A DNA stretch of 64,000 nucleotides from Octopus sinensis (Eukaryota), in assembly GCF_006345805.1 (NCBI RefSeq), contig NC_042998.1:39804001-39868000 (forward strand), given 5' to 3'. The position numbers and the translations under genes were made by a program. Each line of letters begins with the position of its first letter. Positions within the stretch are counted from its first letter, which is position 1. The notes under the pieces were generated by a model that did not search any database, was not told the DNA's origin, and saw only the letters and a list, made by a program, of their open reading frames with translations. Shown one piece after another: positions 1 through 13,000 of this stretch.

Positions 1-924
1 ATATAATCGCTCAACCACTGGCATATTCATTGCTGTTTTTCGGTCTGGCAAGCACTATTGCATTTCATGCGCCTTTGCTTCGCACGTGTATTGCCTTGTT
101 TTTTGCAACACGTTTGAGGTAGCTTCATTCTTTTCCCGACTCATAGAATGTCGGATGTTCACATGCTCTGCGCCATGTTTAGGCGTAATTATTTTTCCCT
201 GTTAGACCACTGTTGGTCACGTAATTAACAGAAAATTATCTGTGTCGCGCATCACACCAGCATGTTTGCACTTTTGCCTTTTGTGTTACTAGCGAGCTTC
301 TGTCAATTCCATTTCCTCTCCTGCAGCAATTGATTTAACTGCTATTTCGCAGGATCAACTACCTTTAGAGAAGTTGGATTTAATTTCGCCTAGGTTCATT
401 AACTGTGAGTTTTGCTTTCCCTCCGCTCCTTTCAGCGGAAGGGTTTATACTTTGTGACGTATACACTTTCATGCATGCACTCTTGATTTTTGCTCATTGA
501 GTATTTTTTTCTCTTTTTCCTTTAGTAAATTTCTTGTGTATGTTATAAATTTTGCCATTTTATTATATTGTGTGCTGTTTAGTTATCTGGTGTCCACCTT
601 GAGTTTTGCAGTCACTACAATAAGTTTCCTTCGTGCGTACACACTGGAGGGGAGCCTTGTAGTGATCCTATACATTTTTTATTTCGCACGTGCGAGTGTT
701 GGTGCCTTCACCAAGGCACAGAAAGGAAGGGCCCTCTCGCGCATGCGCGAACCACCGGAAGCACGACCCTTTTGCCTGCGTGGTAGTTAGCCAAGGCAAG
801 GGGGTCGTAGAACGTTTGACCGCTAGCAGCAGCAGCCAACGACTTGGGACAGCAGCGACCGAAGGCGACGGACGTATATTTTCTCGCTGTCCAGCTTTGA
901 TAGCAGTCGGCCGAAGGTTTTTAC

Positions 925-967
925 CAAATTGTTGCAGACCAACATCGTCTCCATTGTTCGCCGCCAT
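925..967 (-). other. Possible first coding exon / CpG-rich promoter of an unidentified gene running off the left edge
   Basis: aagATGGCGGCG start context at 967, MAANNGDDVGLQQF, then a possible donor G|GTAAAA at 924. The 600-1000 region is locally CpG-rich. Protein not recognised. Confidence 0.3.
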
Positions 968-1249
968 CTTTGACCAGTGTCGTTTTGCATTTGAACACTT
1001 TCTTATTTTACAGCGATAAGGTTCACTGACACATTTATATCAAGGGATACCAGATAACCACTTATTGTTACTGTTACCACATTAGAGAATAAAGTAGTAT
1101 ATATATTATTTACGTCTGCGTCTTGTTGTTTCTGACTGGTAGAATTCTGGATTATTAAAGCAACGGCTAGTGATTGCCTCTTGTACCCCGAAAGTACAAG
1201 AGAAGATATATTCACCAAACACTAAGTTCGTTACAATACCATGTCTTTG

Positions 1250-2215
1250 CTGTTTGTAGGCTGTGATTTCCACAGAACTCCCAGTGGATCATTCTTGCCA
1301 CATTATCATGGCATCATTTGTATTTGTGTTGTGCCAATTTCAGCATTCGCTAACGATGTGCCACACTGTTTCACCCCTCTCACCACACATTCTGCATTTG
1401 TCACTGTCAGTAGTGCCTATTCCGTACTTCATATAGTTGGTCCTTAACGCTTGTTCCTGAGCTGTGCATATGAGTGTTTCTGTCTCTATTTTCAGGTCAC
1501 TTCTCATCCATAGCCACCAGTCCTCTGTATCTATCATGGCATTCACATCTGTTGCAAACTGACCCTTCACTTTTTTTTCCTCCCATGCCTTTTCTTTTTT
1601 TTTTGTTCATTTCTTGTTTAAATTTTTCTTTAGTTACACAATTTTCAGTTTTGATGATGCTGGCCTTCTTCGTGTATTTCAACAGTGGCTCCATGGCATT
1701 TTTTATATACCACCCTAGGCTGTTTCCCTCTGCTTCCATACAGTTCTGGCAACTGATCAAACTTCTCCCACCCTTCTGGACAAGTATAGACTATCAGTGT
1801 CAGTCTTAGGGTGGAAGGCTCCATGTACTGTCAACATTTTTCTGGTCTTAGTATCCATTTTCTTTTGCCATTTTATAATTTCTGCTCCATACCGAAGTGA
1901 GGCTATCGGCCACATATTAACTGCTTGAATTTTATTCCATCCAATCAATTTTGAGTGCAGTACCAACCTCAGTCTTTGGAAATACTCCATCCTTGATTGC
2001 TCTTTCATTTCTTTTTCCATTATCTTGTTGCACTCTAGTATACCAAGGTATTTGTATCCTTCTGTTTCAATTTGCTTAATCAAGTCTCTATTTGGTAATT
2101 CTATCCCTGCTAGGGACTGTACCAAGCCTCTTTTGAGGTAGATTACTCCACGCTTCTTGAGTCCAAATTCCAAGTGTCAGATGGTGTCATTTATCAATGT
2201 GAGCAGTCAGTTGTT
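1250..2215 (-). mobile_element. Decayed R4/Dong-like non-LTR retrotransposon (RT C-terminus to CCHC zinc knuckle)
   Basis: Fragments EFGLKK...GYKYLGILE...NKIQAVN...LRYGAEIIKW...MDTKTRKMLT.HGAFHPK.D and LICTAQEQALRTN...CRMCGERGETVWHIVSEC, split by frameshifts. Confidence 0.8.
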
Positions 2216-3139
2216 ATGAGATGATGTGAAGCAGTTGATGAGTGAGTCGGTGCCCAAGCAGTCGATGTGATGTGGTTGATCAAGATGAACAGTGACATCT
2301 TTGCTGTAAGGTGAACAATTTGAACTGGTGTAGGAATTTTCAGTATCAGTTAGTGACATAAAGAATGCAGAGTGTGAAGTTGGTTACTGGATTAACATGA
2401 ATCGGAAGTAACAACAGTGTGCAGTCATAAAAAGATAAAAAATAAATCCTTTGGCTGGTGAATAAAAGAAGAGCTCACCAAAAGAACTCTGTTCTACACA
2501 TTTTAGAGGTAAATGAAAGAACTCACTAAAATGTATTCCATAAATTTTTATTCACCTTTTAATTAAAGTTCTTTTATTTTGCTTATACTCAATGGTTTTG
2601 TTCGTTATTGTCAACTCTTCTGACTTCTATAACTACTACTTCCTCTCTAAGTAAGTTGGCTTGCTGGGCTGACCTGTGGCTTCTGCTGACTAGACTGTTG
2701 GAGCCATGTTATGGTGGTTAGGAGCCGCAGTACGCAACAATTATATATATATATACATATGTAAAAACACAGACACACATATTCGTTCCCCTATTGGTTT
2801 CTGTCTGTCTTATTCAGCCCATAATTGTTTCTGGCTGACACAAATCATAATATTCCTGGTTATTTGAGATAAATATTGCTTTAAATTAGATTTCAATTAA
2901 TTATGCACCATAATTATGTAACTATGTAATTATTGATATTTATAGCTAATGAAATAGCTGTTGCTGAATTGAAATATGAATTGTTTGTGAAACTATGCTC
3001 TTCTGCTCTCTTCTTCTCTCCTTCCCCTTCTCTCTCTTTGGGAGGTTGTCTCCCCTGTCAGTAAATAGAAAATGTACTTTCTGTAGCTAAAGAATTCTTT
3101 GACTCTTATTTCTAGCAATGCTGGTATTCCCTGCACCAT

Positions 3140-4790
3140 TCACTACCTGATCCAACAATTTGATACCTCTGTAATTATTTGTATCTAATGTGTCACCTTT
3201 ACCTTTGTAGCAGTTGACTATGGTACTGCTACACCAGTCATTGGGTATGACTCCTTCATATATCACCTGATTGACTATACGAGTGACTAAAATATTGCCT
3301 ACACAGCCAGATATTTTAAGCATCTCTACTGTGATTTCTGATGGGCCAGGGGCATTCCCTGTCTTCATACCATTAATTGCTCTATCTACCAAGGTACTGT
3401 CAATTCAGATAGCTGGTTGGGTTGACATTTGGCAGACTCTCTTTCTCCCATTCATTCTCTTCATTTAGCAGCCTTTCATAGTGGCGTCTCCAAGTTTTTT
3501 TCTTTGCAACCTCATTAAATGCAAGTGCACCATCATCCATGTGGACACATATCTCTCCTATGACATAACTATATCTCACACATTGTCTTGCAACACAAAA
3601 CACTTCAAGTCTTTGGTCCTCATGACACAGAGCATTGGCAAATTTTTTATCTGCTTTCCCTCTGGCTAAGTAAAGCTGTCTACTAGCTTCCCTCCTGGCG
3701 ATCTGATACAGTTCCCTGCTACCATCGTTCTTCCGGTCTTTCCATGCCTGTTTCTTTTCCCTAATGGTTCTGTCAACTATATAGTTCCACCACCACATTA
3801 CCTTATGTCAAGAGGGGTCTTTGCACCATCCACAGATCTGGTTAGTAGCCCTCAACAGGTTGTCCTGTAGGAACCTCCAGTTGTCTTTCACATTATGTGA
3901 TGGTATATCTTCCACTTCAACAACAAAATCTTCGAATAATACGTCTCTAAATCTCTGTCCATTCACAAGATCCTTAAGCTTCCAGACCCTTCTTTTCCAT
4001 GCTGTTCATCTTCAGGGCATCCATGTAGCCCTGATCCCGAAGTCACTAACTACTAACCTATGTTGTGGGGTGCATTCTTCACCTGGGAAGGTTTTGGCAT
4101 TTATAAGTAGCCATCTTTCTTGTTTCCTGGTGAGAACGCAGTCAATTTGCATAGTGTGTCCACCAGACCGGTAGGTGAATAGATGACTGGTAGGTTTCCT
4201 GAAGTTAGTATTACAAACCATAAGGTCATTTGCATCACAGAACTCCAGCAGTGTGGTTCCCTCCTCATTGCAGGAGCCAAATCCACAGTCACCATGGAAG
4301 CTCCCTGCCTGTTGTTCAACATGCCCACTGAAGTCACCAGCCACAGAGAGAAGCTCCCTGTCATCCATCAACGAGGTAGTCTGCAGCAGGGTGTCATAAA
4401 ATCGGTCCTTCTGTTCATCAGGTATCCCTGGCTGAGGGGTATAAGACAAGATAATGGTTGCTAATCCATGTTGCAGCACTACTCTAAGATTAAGTGTTCT
4501 ATCACAGACTCTGACTACCTTGATTACCTTATCAACCCATTTATCCACAAGAAGTATACCCACACACCTGACCCCGTCAGTGTTCCCTACCCAGAAAATC
4601 TTATACCTATGTTCTTTGCCTGTGAGGAACTTAGCAGAACTTCCTTTCCACCTTACTTATTGGATGCAGCATAAATCTACATGTTTCCGTTCAATCATCT
4701 CAACAATCTCACCAGATGAACTTTTCAACGTGCCAATATTATGCCAACTCTCAGGGTGTGGAAAGTGTGGGCCCATGAGATGCTGGGATA
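3140..4790 (-). mobile_element. RTE-clade LINE fragment (APE endonuclease, linker, start of RT)
   Basis: GTLK...[23 protein letters not shown]...TY, QIDCVL, QHRLVVSDF, then MKTGNAPGPSEIT...YKGKGD...[11 protein letters not shown]. Multiple frameshifts. Confidence 0.9.
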
Positions 4791-5461
4791 GGAGACAGCA
4801 GCATCATGTATATGAAAAGAAAGCTCACATTAGGCAGAACTCATAAACATAAAATAGCCTTCAACCTGCATACATTACACACCATTGTTTTATATGCTAC
4901 ATAATCACTACATTCCATAGGAGATAAACACTAAGAAGGGATGGGGGAAACATTTAAGCCGTTGGAGGTGTTCAGGGGAAAGACATCCAATAGAGGTGAG
5001 AGGATAAAGACTTCTGGTTTAGATGGAGGGGTGGGATGGGTGGGTGGACCGTGAAACAGCAAACACTCTGGCTGCTGGTGGGAAAGAATAATAATAATAA
5101 TAGTAATCATAATAATAATAATAATAATATTTTTAACTAGAGCTATAGCCAACAGTTTTCGGTCAGCGAAACTGTGACAACATTAGATAAATGAATGAAT
5201 AACAATATTAAATGAGTCTGAAAGAGGATAAAGAGGGAGAACTGAATTGAATGTAGGGATCTTAACTCCTTCACCAGCTCTTCATTCACTTCATTATACA
5301 ACACAATGGGACTCTTTTCTTGGGAAGAGAGGCTCCTGTGGTGGCAGGGTTGGGGTCAGTGACTGGTTGGGTAGGATGAGGGTTGGTGCCTGTAGGGGAA
5401 GGGTGGGGTGAAGTGGGGGTAGTGTGGTGTTAGGTTGTAGATACAATTTAATATGGTCCGA

Positions 5462-5615
5462 CTAGGGGCACAGAGTGAGGCTGTCAGGTCTCTTCCCATC
5501 AAATTTGGACAATCCAGATGGTTCCAAGATGGAGGGGATGTTTGCCTGGGCCAAGCTCCTCAGGTTCAACTCCATATGACACGCAAAGCGACCGGCATTC
5601 AGGCGGCAAGATGTG
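5462..5615 (-). mobile_element. CRE-clade non-LTR retrotransposon relic (restriction-enzyme-like endonuclease domain)
   Basis: Hand translation SCRLNAGRFACHMELNLRSLAQANIPSILEPSGLSKFDGKRPDSLTLCP* resembles the CRE C-terminal motif (LSC...GR..RH...N...AL..ANIPS.LEP.GL...DGKRPDG.TL.PW). Confidence 0.65.
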
Positions 5616-5759
5616 AGGGTGAGAAAGAACCGAGGAGGGTATTGGGCTGTGCTAGAAACAACAGCCAGATCTCCTTTGAATTACATATTGTACTCTGAAA
5701 TTCTTAAGAATTTTTTTTTAACCAACAATGTTTCTCACACAGGTTTTAATTGTGGGCCA

Positions 5760-6100
5760 TCTGACCGAAAACACAATTTTACAGAAACTCCCCCTCCTTC
5801 CAAAAAGATTTTGCCTGCAAATTTCTTTGTAATCGTAATCTACACTGTTTGAAAGGTATTCACATAAAATTTCATTAAAAAATATCAATTTTTCTGAAAG
5901 TTAAGAGGGAAAAAATGTCGGGTGGTGTGAATTTTCCGAAACTCCTCTGCCCAACCCATCGGGAAAATATTTTCCAATAAATCTTTCCATGCACTCAATC
6001 TACAGGATCTAAGAGATTATTTGTTGAAAGTTTCGTTAAAAAGTATCCCTTTTTCTGGAAATTATGAGGCAACGAAGTCGGTGGAGTAACATCTATAATT
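5760..6100 (+). mobile_element. Possible non-autonomous Helitron-like element
   Basis: 3' end GGCAACGAAGTCGGTGGAGTAACATCTA resembles Helitron-type GC-rich subterminal plus CTRR ends. Weak evidence. Confidence 0.25.
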
Positions 6101-6133
6101 ATATACAGATATATATATAAATATATATATATC

Positions 6134-6480
6134 AGGAGTGACTGTGTGGTAAGTAGCTTGCTAACCAACCACATGGTTCCGGGTTCAGTCCCACTGCGTG
6201 GCATCTTGGGCAAGTGTCTTCTGCTATAGCCCCGGGCCGACCAATGCCTTGTGAGTGGATATATGTATATATATGTATGTGTTTGTGTGTCTGTGTTTGT
6301 ACCACTTCAGTGGGCATGTTGAACAACCGATGCTGGTGTGTTTACGTCCCCGTCACTTAGCGGTTCGGCAAAAGAGAACGATAGAATAAGTACTGGGCTT
6401 ACAAAGAATAAGTCCCGGGGTCGATTTGCTCGACTAAAGGGGGTGCTCCAGCATGGCCGCAGTCAAATGACTGAAACATA
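6134..6480 (+). mobile_element. tRNA-derived CORE-type SINE, family A (further copies about 8336-8790, 10556-10720, 13580-13870, 20285-20640, 20925-21120, 22640-22750(-), 27610-27740, 30478-30850, 36650-37030(-), 42850-43000(-), 49345-49500(-), 50420-50770, 55980-56130(-), 59700-60040(-), 63893-64000)
   Basis: A box GTGTGGTAAG, B box GGTTCAGTCCC, then CORE-like GCA(C/T)CTTGGGCAAGTGTCTTCT.CTATAGCC. Many near-identical dispersed copies. Confidence 0.85.
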
Positions 6481-6494
6481 TAAAAGAGTATATC

Positions 6495-6880
6495 ATGTGA
6501 AGGCACCTGGTTAGAGCGTCAATCTTACAATAACGAGGCAGTGAGTTCGATTCTCGGTCCCGGCTGTTGTTGGTGTTCTTGAGCAAGACACTTTATTTAT
6601 ACGCTGTTTATACTTTATTTATACTTTATTTATACAAATATTTATACGCTGTTGCAGTTCCTTCAGCTGTAGAAATGAATTGCGACGTCACTGGTGCAAA
6701 GCTGTATCGGCCCCTTTGCCTTTCCTTTGGGTAACATCGATGACATGAGGTGGGGGGAGACTGGTGTACGCGGGCGATTGGCGTGTCTTCCATAAACAAC
6801 CTTCTCCGGACTTGTGCCTCTGAGGGTAACTTTCTAGGTGCAATCCCATGGTCATTCTTGACCGAAGGGGGTCTTTACTA
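6495..6880 (+). mobile_element. tRNA-derived SINE, family B (further copies about 11420-11630(-), 21130-21350, 42310-42480, 49590-49760)
   Basis: TGGTTAGAGCG A box, GAGTTCGATTC B box, then GTGTTCTTGAGCAAGACACTTTATTT body shared among copies. Confidence 0.7.
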
Positions 6881-7462
6881 TGTATGTGTGTGTTCATGCA
6901 TACCTACATATATAAGGTGATGCGCAAAAGGAAACTTGATTGTTCCAGCATCTCACCTTCGCCATCCCTAGTGTTCATGCTGTCTGTTTTCTCCGAGTAC
7001 GTCAAAAATTTATTTAGAAAAAGACCGGTTTTGATTGTGTATTTACCGATTCTCCTGTATCTTCCTTTGTCCTTTTAAAATAAGTATTTCTAATAAGTGT
7101 TTTGTGAAGGAATTAAATAGTTTTATATGACCACCACGGAAGAAAGATTTTTTTCATGTCCTAGTTTTGTTTACGTCACAATAAATTTCTTACTTTCTTT
7201 ACATTTCCACCTTCAGTTTCTCCTTTGCCTATTGTAAAAGTCTGTGTTTTTGTTTTAAAAAAAAGATCGATTGTCCTAACGAGTTCATGGCTTTTTCACG
7301 TTTGTTTTGTCTCGTCTCCGTCTATGAATGATGTTGTGTATGTGTGTGATCATTTCGGCAACTTTCGCTAATCTCCGTCAGCCGCCGTCACTGTTGTCGA
7401 TCTCTCGTGGCGTAGTGAGAAATTTCTTGTTTGGTTTGTTTGATCAAGAAGAAGGGTTCGTT

Positions 7463-7570
7463 ATGTTATCTTTTACAGCTTCCGCTGGTCGGACCCTGTA
7501 CGCCGGTTCGAATGCTATTCTCCGCAGGGCCTTCAGTTCAAATATCCCGGCCGAGGCCAAAGTTGCTGTG
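7463..7570 (+). CDS. GATD3: ES1/GATD3 exon 1 (presequence...KVAV)
   Basis: ATG 7463, donor GTAAGT 7571. Confidence 0.88.
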
Positions 7571-8497
7571 GTAAGTATCAATCCTAAGCCTTTAACTCTT
7601 TCTTTCTGTCTTATCATCGCTCTCTGTTTCTTTTTTACTTCAATAATTAATTTACTAACTGCGGTCATTTAACGCACAAACATCATCCTATATTCTCAGT
7701 GCATCTATCTATCCTTCTATCTATCGATCTATCTCCTCTTTCGCAGATTTATAGAGATAGGTTATGAGAAAGTTGTAACTTTAAAATACCCATATAAAAT
7801 ATATCTATATTTATTTATCACAAGGACACCAAATTAGGACATTACATAGACATTTGCAAGACACGGTGGAAATGAACTGCTTTTACAGTAAAAAGTTTTT
7901 AATTGATATATATATATAATCCGAATTTTATATTGTTAAGTATCCATCACGGCTAGTTTCACCACACACACACAATTCCGTAATAGGGTAGCCACATGAA
8001 AGCACCTTGAAAAGCAAACGGTCCAATGTCCTTTACCCAATTGAGTGATGCAAGTGTCCTACACCAGACAATTCCCGATAACATTAACCGACAACAACAC
8101 CCTCGTAAGGTCATAGGGATCAGATGATGTTTCACTTATTAAGCTATATCGGGCAAGTTCATCTCCACACATACACATTTATAGTTTTGGCGATGCAAAC
8201 AGGAACAATAGAACTCAAAACATGCGTATATATACGTGTGTGTGTTATTAATATTTAACTGACTCAACAGAGTGACACAAGGGCTGAAAGTTTCGTTCAT
8301 TAGTTTTGGATCAATTGAATTTGATGTACAGATAGGCGCAGGAGTGGCTGTGTGGGTAAGTAGCTTGTCTACTAACCACATGGTTCCGGGTTCAGTCTCA
8401 CTGCGTGGCACCTTGGGCAAGTGTCTTCTACTATAGCCTCTGGCCGACCAAAGCCTTGTGAGTGGATTTGGTAGACGGAAACTGAAAGAAGCCCGTC

Positions 8498-8582
<85 letters not shown>

Positions 8583-9997
8583 TGTGTGTGTTTGTGTATC
8601 TGTGTTTGTCCTCTAGCAGCATTGCTTGACAACCGATGCTGGTGTGTTTATGTCCCCGTTACTTAGCGATTCGGCAAAAGAGAACGATAGAATACGTACT
8701 GGGCTTACAAAAGAATAAGTCCCGGGGTCGAGTTGCTCGATTAAAGGCGGTGCTCCAGCATGGCCGCAGTCAAATGACTGAAACAAGTAAAACAGAGATA
8801 ATTTAATTAATTTTTTTTTAACGAAACACTTTGAAACTTCTGATACTGGTACAATGTGTAACATATAACAGGGTTTGCGCTTAATGACAAAATTTTGTAT
8901 TTTAGAAGTCGCAAGTTACAGAGTGACAATGGACAAATTCGTGTTTGATAAGTGCCAAAACACGAAACTGTCAGGTTTTGACTTACTCTCTAACTTCTGC
9001 CAATGATATATATGCTTATTATACATATACGTGTAAAAAAATCTCATCACACAATCAAATCAATGAAAGAGCTTCTACCTTCTCACTTGACATGCAAAAA
9101 AAAGCAGCCAATGTATCCCCCTACCCAAAATTTTATAAAGTAAGATCCTAAATTATTAATTGACACATTATTAATTATCTTATAACAGCAATGCCTGGAA
9201 AAATCATGCATTACATAGAAAAATATGAGCATGAAAAGTAATATTCTTAAGATTATATAAGTTATATAAGTTATTATACTTGTAAAAGTATAGGACAAAC
9301 TATTACTTCAAGTAAAGTAAAGAATAAGAAACTTTTTACTTAAAATATTGCAGCTAAAATTAAAATTTGAATATTAAAAAATATTTTATTATAATTTACA
9401 AATAACACTATACTTATTTAAGTAGAATTTGGCTAATTTACTACCTTAAATACAGAAAAAAGTGACTAATTAGACTAACTTACAAATTAACTGAACGGTT
9501 TTGTACAATAAATTTAAAAGATGAGAACTGTAAAGAGTGATAAATTAGAAGAACTGGCATTCTTTGCTGCAATATTTTAAGTAAAAAGTTTCTTATTCTT
9601 TACTTTACTAGAAGTAATAATTTATCCTATAGCGACTGAGACCTTTAGAGATATGTTGTGCTTGAGAAGACTTGGCAAGTCTAGTGAGATCGTAGTCATT
9701 GCTGTTGCTAGTGTCATATAACTGGTCCAGTTAAAAGCCTCCTTCACTTGTTGGAAAACATGCTATGCTTGTAAAGACCTGTTGAACCAAGTAAAATCAT
9801 AGTCAATGCCATGCCGGTGGCACGTAAAAAGCACCCACTACACTCTGGGAGTGGTTTGCATTAGGAAGGGCATCCACCTGTGGAAACCTTGATTGGAGCC
9901 TGGTGTAGTTTCCCTGCTTACCAGTCCTCAGTCAAACCATCCAACCAGCATGGAAAGTGGGCATTAACCAATGATGACAACCTTGAGGATGAGGATG

Positions 9998-10085
<88 letters not shown>

Positions 10086-13000
10086 TGTATGTATGTATAT
10101 ATAATGTTTGATTTATGCTGGATTAATGAGAAATATTTGCTTAATATTTATCAACAATATGGCTTTATTGAAGTTTGAATCAGGAGATAATCTTTGTTTC
10201 GGTAAAACTGTGTATGTCTATTTGTCTTTGTATGAATAAGTTCCTATTTTGCCTAACTGTATACAACTGTGTCCTTGCAATCTGTGTTCTCGCTTGCAGT
10301 CAGCTGCTGAGGCAGGTCCCAGCTTCTTTACACTTTAAACAAAGGACTCACTCAGACCATGTTGTTTGTTTTCTGTTCATTGCTCAATTGATTAAGGGAT
10401 TATTACCTTGCTTAGAAATAGATGAGGGTTGGTAACGGGAAGGACGTCTAGTTGTAGAAAATTTACCTCAACTAATTCCATTTGACCCATGCAAGCGTGG
10501 AAGAAAAAGTGGATGTTAAAACAATGATGTTGATAAGATAATTCTTTGTATATAGGCACAGGCATAACTGTGTAGTTAAGAAGTTTGCTTTTCAACCACA
10601 TGGTTTAGGGTTCAGTCCCACGGCATGACCCCTTGCTATGGTCCCCTACTATAGTTCTTGGCTGACTGAAACCTTGTGAGTGGATTTTTTTGACCGAAAC
10701 TAGGAGAAGGCTGCTGTTTGATTGACTTGGGGATTATTGCCTCATTAGGAAACAGGAAAAGCTTTCACCCATTGCAAAATCTGCCCCAACATTGTCTGGC
10801 CCATGGAAAAGTAGATGCTAAGTCAATGATGATGAAGAAGTAAGGTAAAGGAGAAATCAATCTCCATCATGCTCTACTTTGTAGCCTAACCCTACACTGC
10901 ATTGTGCACATATACACACTCACACATGTTACCACATATACACACTTTTTTTAATAGAAATATTAAAATATAACTTTAAATTTTATTTGTTTTTAGGTTC
11001 TCTCCGGTTGTGGTGTTTATGATGGCAGTGAAATCCATGAAGCTTCTGCGTAAGTAGATGATGATAATGATAAATGTATTTATGGCATGATAGCAACACA
11101 CTTACCTTCATCTGTACTGAAAAGAAAGCAGCATATATGAAGAGTATGCATAAGAGAGAGGTGTGTGTGTGTGAGTCTACTCATGTACTCAACACGACCA
11201 ACTACTGAAATTGAAATAGTTGAAAGGGCAATCAAGGACATGAAGGTAGAGAAAGGAGCTGGACCATCAAATATCACTGAGACATTGAAAATATTTAGCA
11301 ATGCGGTTTGGCTGTCTTTCAGTTGTGATGACAATTGTTCCAGTTCATCTGATCAACTGAACAGCCTGCTTGTGAAATTAATGTACAAGTGGCTGAGCAC
11401 TCCACAGACACACATATCCTGAATGTAGTTCTCTGGGAGATTCAGTGTGTCATGGAATGTGACAAGGTTGGCCCTTTGAATTCCAGGTACAACTTATTTT
11501 TGCCAGCTGAGTAAATTGGAATATCATGAAATAAAATATCTTGCTCAAGGACACAACACACCACCAAGATTGAACTCATGACCTTACAATTGTGAATCAA
11601 ATACCCTAGCCATAAAGCCACATGCCCTCTCTCACCAAAGTAGAACATGTTATACACTACTGAAGCTTACCAGGGAATCGAGAGTGGTTCCTTATGGCAG
11701 TATCATTATCGTAGTGGACAGTAGATAGTTTGGAAAGATATAGATCGTTACTATTTGATTTCTGGCTGTGTGTGGCAAAGTAACAAAATTTCTTGTACAG
11801 AAGAAGAAAGGAAATAAATCTACGAATTGCTACATAAAAATATATATTTAATTTTCTTTGAATTATAAAGTTGAGTTACTTAAATCTAATATTACAAAGT
11901 ATGAAAATTAGTCGTGTAAATAGTAGAGTTAGATAGTCTTTGCAGGAAAAGCAAAAATTTGGAAATATGCTATGCTTGAGAAGACCTGGCAAGCTAAGTG
12001 AGACCTAACCCTTGGCCTATGCCAGTGGTGTAACCAGCCCACTTATGTGTACCTTTCCTTCATTGGACACTAAACTCTGCTTGTGAAGACCTGTTGAGGC
12101 AAGTGAAATTGAAATCAAATTCGATGACTGCACTGCACTGCATGACTGGCATCCGTGCTAGTGGAGCGCTGAGAGCACCATCCGAGTGTGATCATTGCCA
12201 GGGCTGCTGTATGGCTCCTGTGCTGGTGGCACGTGAAAAGCACCATCTGAGCATGATCATTACCTGTGTCGCCTTACTGGCACATGAAAAACAACATTCG
12301 AGCGAGGTCGTTGCCAGTGTTGCTGGACTGGCTCCTGTGCAGGTGGCACATAAAAACACCATTTGAGTGTGGCTGTTGCCAGTACCACCTGACTGGCCCT
12401 CGTGCTAGTGGCACGTAAAAGCACCCACTACTCTCTCGGAGTGGTTGGCGTTAGGAAGGGCATCCAACTGTAGAAACTCCGCCAGATCAGATTGGAGCCT
12501 GGTGCAGCCATTATGGAAAGCGGACATTAAATGATGATGATAATGATGTAATAACAGAGACGAAAAGAATACGACAATAGAAACATGACTGGCTATAAGA
12601 ATAGCTAAAAGCAAATCACTGGGTTTGCGAGCTGCTTTTATAAGGAGAATCTTGGGATCTTTTCGGTTTAAACAGCAGTTTTTTATAACGGTGTCATATG
12701 AAATTGTCACCCATAATTATGACCCTAGTATCGATCTATTGCATTTCAATGTTTTAGGGTTAGGGGTGGGGGAAGGGTATCTTTTTTTCTTCACAAATGT
12801 AAATAAATCCAATCTGTTTCTTAAACGAGGGGCATATTCATACGGCACAGAATGTTTTCACCTCAACAGACGTCATTGATTGGTTGAAATTGCAGACACT
12901 GAAGAAAAACAACAAATATCTTACAAACTATAGAATCTTCTCAATAAAGCCTAGAGAAAAAGATGTTTTATAAACACATTCTACCAGTATACGAAGTTTA

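Noticed and set aside
6134-6220. tRNA-like A/B-box heads of SINEs as tRNA genes
   Set aside because: No complete cloverleaf or acceptor stem; they continue into multi-copy SINE bodies.
7328-7462. In-frame upstream extension of ES1 (MMLCMCV...)
   Set aside because: No similarity to ES1. ATG 7463 already gives a typical mitochondrial presequence and normal length, so this is probably UTR/promoter.
8372-8632. ORFs rich in [12 protein letters not shown] (also 30827-31276, 34132-34961, 60402-60687, 61694-62188)
   Set aside because: These are translations of dinucleotide microsatellites, not proteins.
12754-12765. (TTAGGG)2 telomere-like motif
   Set aside because: Only two units, inside the MITE.
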